Part shown: piece by piece, positions 57,298 to 64,000 of the stretch
How the letters are laid out: the number at the start of each line of letters is the position of its first letter
Position numbering within the stretch: the first letter of the stretch is position 1
DNA from: Marsupella aquatica
Lineage: Eukaryota; Plantae; Marchantiophyta
NCBI GenBank assembly: GCA_973895155.1
Contig: OZ316900.1
Span: 1 to 64,000 of the forward strand
Length of the DNA: 64,000 nucleotides
Reading direction: 5' to 3'
Program-made: the position numbers and the translations under genes
Notes under the pieces: generated by a model
The model's input: only the letters and a program-made list of their open reading frames with translations
What the model was told of the DNA's origin: nothing
Databases searched by the model: none

Positions 57298-57990
57298 AAC
57301 TTTGGATCTAGTAATTCCGGCAGTTCGTATACGCGTCCAAAGATCACTTAGCGGAGGGATCATTACGAGCCATTGCGCTAAGCCTAACAGGCGAAAATTC
57401 GATATATATATAAAGAATGGGAAAAGACCAAGCGTGTTTCCGGGCTCAGAGAAGGAAAAATGTATTATTCTCTTCTCTCCATCCCTGTTTAACCATGCGA
57501 GCATAACCAAGTTGAGCAAAGCACGCACTTTGTAATGGCATTATAAAAATTTTTCTACGATCGTAACTTCGTGACTCAACTTGCATGAGCTGAACGTTAG
57601 GGCGCAGCTAAACCTTCGTGGATGGCTGCTGGGGTCGGGCACCCCTACTACGAAAGCAGCGTTGCATGAAAAGAATCATTATAGGCTCCGGCCGCGGGGT
57701 TGTGAGACAAAAGTTATCGTCCCTGCGGGCAGATACCGTAAAGTTTCAGGTCCGGAGAGATACTCTACGAAATATTTCTTCGTTTGACATTTTCCACCCA
57801 TAGGTGCGACGCTTCTATAAATGGCTGAGAAAGAAGGCGCGTAGCAGAAAAAATCTAGATTTTTCTACCCTTCTCCCATATTGGGTCGAGCATTATGTGG
57901 CTAAAATAGTTTTTTTTAACTACGCTTTTATCTTCCACATTTTCTTATCATTCGAGGCCTAGTGATTGATTGCATAACTTCAGGGGGTTG

Positions 57991-58075
57991 GCGGATATGA
58001 TGGAATTGGTAGACATGCCAGGTTTAGGTTCTGGTGACCACAATGTTCGTGGGGGTTCGAGTCCCTCTATCCGTA
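57991..58075 (+). tRNA. trnL: tRNA-Leu(UAG)
   Basis: GCGGATATGATGGAATTGGTAGACATGCCAGGTTTAGGTTCTGG…GGTTCGAGTCCCTCTATCCGTA. Confidence 0.93.
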
Positions 58076-58541
58076 TGAGTTGAAATTGGTTCAATCGATT
58101 TTTGTACCGCGGGAAAGGAAAATATTTTGTTTGGGTAAATCAGTTTTTTTGCCCGACAGGCCCCCTGGGGAAACTGTCGGACAGTCGCGGGCCCTTGTCA
58201 GACAGTATTTCGGTTCCGTGGTGTCCGACGAGACAAAGTCCGGGGGGGGGCGGTCAGACAAAAAAGTCCAAGTCCTATACCTTTTGTTTTTTCCCGCATC
58301 GCGTGCCTGCGGGCAGATACTTTTAAGTTTTTGCGCCTTCTTCTTTTTCGTAGAGCGGTCTCCTTTGGACTCTTCCTTTGGGCCCGCCGGAGGGCCGAAG
58401 GCTAGAAATGGCTTGACGATTTCCGCCCACGACAGAGGTGGCTCCTCGACCCTCTCCTTATAGGTCGAGTGCTCGAGGGGCCATAGGTTTCGGGAAAACG
58501 CATTGAAGAGAATGCAGTTGATTGATTCGTTAACATACCCA

Positions 58542-58625
58542 CGGATGGAGAGGGATTCGAACCCCCGGTATTCTCGATACTTCGGTTTTCAAGACCGACT
58601 CTTTCAACCGCTCAGACATCCATCC
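58542..58625 (-). tRNA. trnS: tRNA-Ser(UGA)
   Basis: GGATGGATGTCTGAGCGGTTGAAAGAGTCGGTCTTGAAAACCGA…GGTTCGAATCCCTCTCCATCCG. Confidence 0.95.
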
Positions 58626-59431
58626 CTTTCGTAATAAGCTCTTGAGCTTGAAGCAAACAATAAGAAACCTAATATTCAATTACTATGTAAATTAAAGTTC
58701 AGAGAATACACGAAAATTTTTGTTTTGTTTGGCTAGACTCGTAGAGCTCGACCCGAACTCGAAGGGGCCAAAGCACGGAGTACGCGACCCGAGTGGGCCC
58801 GAAGGCTAGAAATGGCTTGACGATTTCTGCCCACGAGCACCAGAAGGATAGGTCTTGGCTAAAACGTTCAAGCCAGAGTCGGAGTATCCCGGCGGGCTAT
58901 TCTGTATTCCACGGGGCTTCGCGTAAGTAATTAACTAAACATGGCCGTTCAAAATCTGCAGGAGCTGCTGCCGGAGGAGGATAAAATCTATAGATTTTGT
59001 GTGCCCTCTACCGAGGAATGAACAACACGCGTCAGCAGCCCGGAGCTTTATTGGTTCCATTAGCATGGGGGGTGTAGCCGATCGAAGAGCGAGAATAAGC
59101 TAGTCAGTGAGAATAGCTCTACTTTCTACTAGTAGCTAGATTTGTCCCTAAGCCTCTCGCATAACAGCTTTATGCTCTGTGCTTTGCTCACTCTGCGGGC
59201 TTGCTCCTTTTCATTAAAGCTTCCCCCTACAGGCCATAGAAGCATGCCGCAGGAAATAAAAATATCTTTTTCGCCCATACAGATATGCTACTCGTTCAGC
59301 TAGCTTCCAGTCTCTAGTCACTGTGTTCAACGAGCTTCGCGATACAAAATAACCTCATTTCGCGAATCAAACAAGTGTTGATCATAAATCATCGGCGATA
59401 ATGATGGTAAAATTCTATTTTTTGTCTCAAT

Positions 59432-59502
59432 GCGGATATAGATTAAAGGTAAATTATCTGCCTTCCAAGCAGAGGATATGGGTTCGATTCCCGTTATCCG
59501 CA
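59432..59502 (+). tRNA. trnG: tRNA-Gly(UCC)
   Basis: GCGGATATAGATTAAAGGTAAATTATCTGCCTTCCAAGCAGAGGATATGGGTTCGATTCCCGTTATCCGCA. Confidence 0.94.
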
Positions 59503-59531
59503 ATGGCTAAAAAAAACGAATTAAACTTCAT

Positions 59532-60122
59532 ATGTTTGCATCAAGATTTAAAGTTTGTCGCCAAATTTTGGAAAATGTTTGGCAGACCAAAAAACTTACT
59601 CTGAAACAAAAATTACTTATTTCGGAGCTTAGGAGGAACAAAAAAAATAAAAAACAATCTGACTTTTCCGTACAATTACGAACTATGAAAAAGTTGTCCC
59701 TTTTTTATGGAAATTTACCGATAAGAAAGCTGCAAAGGGCTAAAACACGCACTTATATGGATAAAAAAAACAGTTTGCTATTCAATATAGAAAAAAGATT
59801 GGACGTTATTCTGGTTCGTCTTAATTATTGTTCAACTATGTTTCAAGCGAGGCAATTGATAAATCATCAAAATATTTGTGTCAATTATAAAAAGGTAAAT
59901 ATTCCTGGGTTTCAAGTATCCAACGGTGATCTAATATCTATTCAGGAAAATTATTTAGCTTTTTTCGAATCAAACATAAGACGAAATTTACAAACTAACC
60001 GAATAGGGAGAATGAAACCTAATCATTTAGAAGTTAATTATAAAACACTAAAAGCTGTGGTATTATACGAACCTCAACAAATACGATTTCCTTACAAAAT
60101 AGATCTAGACCTTCTTGCTTGA
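59532..60122 (+). CDS. rps4: Ribosomal protein S4 (196 aa)
   Basis: S4 domain EKRLDVILVRLNYCSTMFQARQLINHQNICVNYKKVNIPGFQV. Confidence 0.96.
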   Translation: MFASRFKVCRQILENVWQTKKLTLKQKLLISELRRNKKNKKQSDFSVQLRTMKKLSLFYGNLPIRKLQRAKTRTYMDKKNSLLFNIEKRLDVILVRLNYCSTMFQARQLINHQNICVNYKKVNIPGFQVSNGDLISIQENYLAFFESNIRRNLQTNRIGRMKPNHLEVNYKTLKAVVLYEPQQIRFPYKIDLDLLA

Positions 60123-61539
60123 TTAGAAGGAACGAAAAATTAATATTTTTGTTGCCTCGGCAATTTGTCAGTTTTTTTGTCTCTCCCGCCCTCCCTTCGA
60201 TGATAGTCCCCCTCCCGGGGCCCTCGTCGGCTCCTATCGTAGACTTGTACAGCTCATAGAATCCTGGGGGGGGAGGGTAGTAACTGAAGTGAGGCTAAAT
60301 GTTGTGGTCGAAAACCAGATGAATTATCATCTTGACGATCCGAGATGGGTGGTGGAATAATGCGTTATGACGAAAGAGTTGAAATATGTGATAGGAAGAA
60401 AATAATTTTTTGTTTTCTCCGAAGGGCCCAAAGGCTTTGGTTTTCCGAAAGAAGGGTCCTTTGTAATGGACCTGAAATGGCTTTTCCGCCAGCCGATACG
60501 GCCGGCTCGTAGATTCACGCCCACGGCGGGCGGCCCCCCATTAAATAAAAATTCCAACGCGTTTATTTCATTTCTTCCAAATAATGTCACTACTAAATTC
60601 ATTTATTAGTTGGTAGTGACACCCTCCCCATGCGCCGCCCTATCTATGGGTTTTTCATCATATACGTATCTTCTATTACCACGCTGTGCTTTCTCCATTC
60701 ATATATGCTTTTGTATATTACTATTATTATTCCATGAAATAATTGATTTACTACATTCGAGTGGTAAAGGCACCTCCTTCGGTGCCTTCCCGATGCGAGG
60801 GGCTTATTATAGCCTATGTTTGTTATTGGGGCTTTTGCTTTCCGCGAGGAAGTTGGTTATGCGCTCGCGGCTGCTGTATGTTTGCAGCTTACAGCCAAGA
60901 GCTCACTGGAACTGCGAACAGGATACGGCATGGCTCGCAGAAATCATCTGTGTACACTTGCAAATAAAATTCAGGATTCATATGCAGGCTGCTGGGGTGT
61001 AACCGGTTTTGAGATTTTGAGAAATATATTTATGAATCAAACCGGATTATACTCCGGTTTATCGACCGAAATTCATGTATTCAAATTTGAAGTCTTCTTC
61101 ACAAACCTTAATTTATAAAGATTTCGTTAGGGAGATTGTAACCAACGCATATTGTTATAGTATCGACAGGGTTAAATATTTTAATAGTAAATTTGATGAG
61201 GCCTATGATAGATAAGCCAACGGATTACAGTAAAGTAACTTGGAGGGATAGCGAAGCCGATCGGTGCAACGATAGACCCATGAAAAATATATTAGAAGTT
61301 TTTGGGGGTCTCGATTCAGAATATGTTCGGAATGATTTCAATAGTACTCCAAGTATGGTAAGTATTTCGTAGATTTTTCGACACACTCAGGGAGAATAAT
61401 GAATGTGTCAAGGGATTGAATGCTAAAGATAGAAAGAGGGTCAAAGATAGGAACCGAAGTTTTAATTTCATGTTCGGTAATAAGGTATTGTCTTACCAAC
61501 TATTGATAGTGAGCATTGATCCGGGAGTGAATCCGAATC

Positions 61540-61900
61540 ATATTATTTCGATTGAAGGATTAATTCTACTTTTCTAACAGGTTGTATTTCAAGTATTTCA
61601 AAAAGTATGATATGACGGGAGTTCCACTTCATAATAGCTGCGAGATCATTACGGTTACCGTACCCAATCAGTAAAGTTCTCCTACCCCGGACTAAACCTA
61701 GTAGCCTCAATAACTCTTTCGTTGACATTCGAATAGTAGATTGGTTTTCAGTAAATTTTAATAGGAAGGTCCAGATTTTTTCTTTAAAGTGAAATGAGAA
61801 CCCAAGGTATGCCCGGGGGGAGGTTCGAGTGAAATGGATACGAACTTTATTATAACTAAAAGTCGTCAAACAATCGAATACAAGTTTATATTTTTAACTA
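61540..61900 (-). pseudogene. Decayed maturase fragment (RT7 and start of domain X)
   Basis: NKVRIHFTRTSPRAYLGFSF (cf. EKT.I…FLGF), then RMSTKELLRLLGL…NDLAAIMKWNS (cf. AP…L…LG…D..I…Y.S). Surrounding 61000..62600 may belong to the same relic. Confidence 0.5.
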
Positions 61901-63029
61901 TTAAAGAGTTTTTAGATAATAAACGTTCTTAGAGCGCTTGATCCTGATTTAAAAGGTTTGGCTCTAGTCTTTGATGAAAAGGTTATGTCAACTTCACTCA
62001 ACACCCAATTGTTATGTGTTTAAGGATACCCACGGGAGATTGGGTACAGGTTCATAGGAATACGTTAGACAATGTGATGGGGATACGAAGTTTGATGAAT
62101 AATAATGTATAAGGATCAGTTATCATATATAAGGGATGGAATATGAAAAAGAGGTTGGGTTTGCCTACAAAAAATTTTTCCATTGAATACACTGAAAGTT
62201 GCTTATAGAAAGGGTGAAAAAGCATCTACTTTTTCATTTACGGTAAAACAGATTGCCATAAAATTGTTAAATTCGTGAGTCAGGCATTCGAAATATCATT
62301 AGACCCGAATTTGGTACAAAGACGTTAGTATCGTAAAGATAAAGATTTGTGTAGTAATTCCACGGAGAGTACCGTATGAATGAAAACTTTGTATGGTCAT
62401 ATCCAGAGAGCTTTCTTAAGCTTATTTTGCACTTGGTATAATTATTCGGATAGTTTTTATGCAGAATTATGCCGTAATGTTAAGGTTTGGCTAGCCTTCA
62501 CTGGTTTTGTAAGGGGAGTCAGCTATATAAGCGTGAAGAACTTCCGTTATTTAAGGGTATATTATGCTTCTCATTCGTAGTCGTTACCGACCCCCTGGCC
62601 CGTCGTCAGAGTCCATGAGTGCTAGCTTTTCTTCTCGTACTGGTCATTAAATAAGTTAAAGGGTTTTTTGGTTAAAACACGTGCTAACCAAAGGCCCGTA
62701 GGGAATGTGATTTACAACTTCGCAAACTCGTAATCTGGTTGGTAACCACAGGGTCCTGTGGTTGGATTGTCTTCCTTTTATATACATCTTTATTTCATTT
62801 CCGTTATCATAAAAACGAAAAAACACTCAAATTTTTTCGTTTTGGGGCTGAAACCCAAGGATGAAGCATCATATAAAATGTATGGAAATATTTGTGCAAT
62901 TTTTTGTTCTTGGTGCCCCTTATTTTTAATTTTTTCCCAGTACGATGCCTAATTTAGTTGGTAATACGCAAGATGATTTATATTGTAAGTTTGTATAGGT
63001 TCAAATCCTATTTATGCGTAAATTAAATA

Positions 63030-63558
63030 ATCATACTCAAAAAAAAGAGTTTGATCCTGGCTCAGAATGAACGCTAGCGATATGCTTAACACATGCAAGT
63101 CGAACGTTGCTTTCGTTGTTACGTGTTGAAGGTCGCATTCGGAGGAGAAAACCTTTTCTCTGAGCTGCTCAACTCAGTTGAGCCTGCGGCCTCCGATCAA
63201 CCGTGAAAACCGTTGAAAACAAAGTGGCGGACGGGCGAGTAATATGTGGGAATCTGCCAAACAGTTTGGGCCAAATCCCGAATAAACGAAAGCTAAAAGG
63301 CGCTGTTTGATGAGCCCACAAAGCATCAGGTAGTTGGTTAGGTAAAGGCTGACCAAGCCAACGACGCTTAGCGGGTCTGTTAGGGCGATCCGCCGCACTG
63401 GGACTGAGACACGGCCCAGACTCCCACGGGAGGCTGCAGTGGGGAATCTTGGACAATGGGCGAAAGCCTGATCCAGCAATATGGCGTGAGTGAAGAAGGG
63501 CAATGCAGCTTGTAAAGCTCTTTCGTCGAGTATGCGATTATGACAAGACTCGAAGAAG

Positions 63559-63594
<36 letters not shown>

Positions 63595-63835
63595 GACGGG
63601 GGGGGCAAGTGTTATTCGGAATGACTAGGCGTAAAGGGCACGTAGGCGGTGAATTCAGTTGGAAGTGAAAGTCGCCAGCTCAACTGGCGGAATGCTTTCA
63701 AAACCAATTTACTAGAGTAAGGCATAGAGGAAAGCGGAATTTCGTGTGTAGCGATAAAATGCAAAAATATACGAAGGAACGCCAAAAGCGAAGGCAGCTT
63801 TCTGGTTCTTTAACCGACGCTGAAGTGCGAAAGCA

Positions 63836-63871
<36 letters not shown>

Positions 63872-64000
63872 TGCTGTAAACGATGAGTGTTCGTTCTTGG
63901 TCTACTGATATTGCACTCTTTCGGTCCGACTTAAGCTCGGCTTAATGCTTAAATTACCGCAAAGGTAGTGTGACTCGATTGTTTCCTTCAAGTTCCAATA
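63030..64000 (+). rRNA. rrn18: Mitochondrial SSU (18S) rRNA, 5' part; runs off the window end
   Basis: AGAGTTTGATCCTGGCTCAG, ACACATGCAAGTCGAACG, CCCACGGGAGGCTGCAG, GTGCCAGCAGCCGCGGTAA, GGATTAGATACCCTGGTAGTCC. The 5' end is approximate. Confidence 0.97.

Noticed and set aside
63169-63608. Minus-strand ORFs
   Set aside because: Antisense to the rRNA; a well-known spurious-ORF source.

Overview
A 64 kb segment of a liverwort-type plant mitochondrial genome. The gene order (nad5-nad4-nad2 with a 26-nt nad4/nad2 spacer, rps12-rps7-atp6-nad6, rps2-ccmB-ccmC-ccmFN-ccmFC, trnP-sdh3) and the intron set (nad2i709g2, nad3i140g2, nad4i548g2, nad5i753g1, atp9i87g2) match what I recall for liverworts. The organism needs C-to-U editing: nad2 and nad6 start at ACG and atp9 ends at CAA, so it is unlikely to be a non-editing complex thalloid. 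The window holds 16 respiratory, ribosomal and ccm protein genes (nad3 only as exon 1), one intron maturase ORF, 18 tRNAs and the 5' part of the SSU rRNA. The large spacers contain pseudogene copies (cob, atp6, atp1, nad2 twice), orphan group II intron copies, many decayed reverse-transcriptase/maturase relics and some foreign-looking AT-rich islands with 21-bp tandem repeats. The most unusual signal is a set of short GC-rich palindromic repeat families. They are scattered across the window and also sit in frame inside ccmFC, ccmFN, rpl10 and the atp9 maturase, so the same peptide (R/L-PEMA) appears in unrelated proteins. All homology calls come from reading the sequence and from recalled family motifs; no searches were run.
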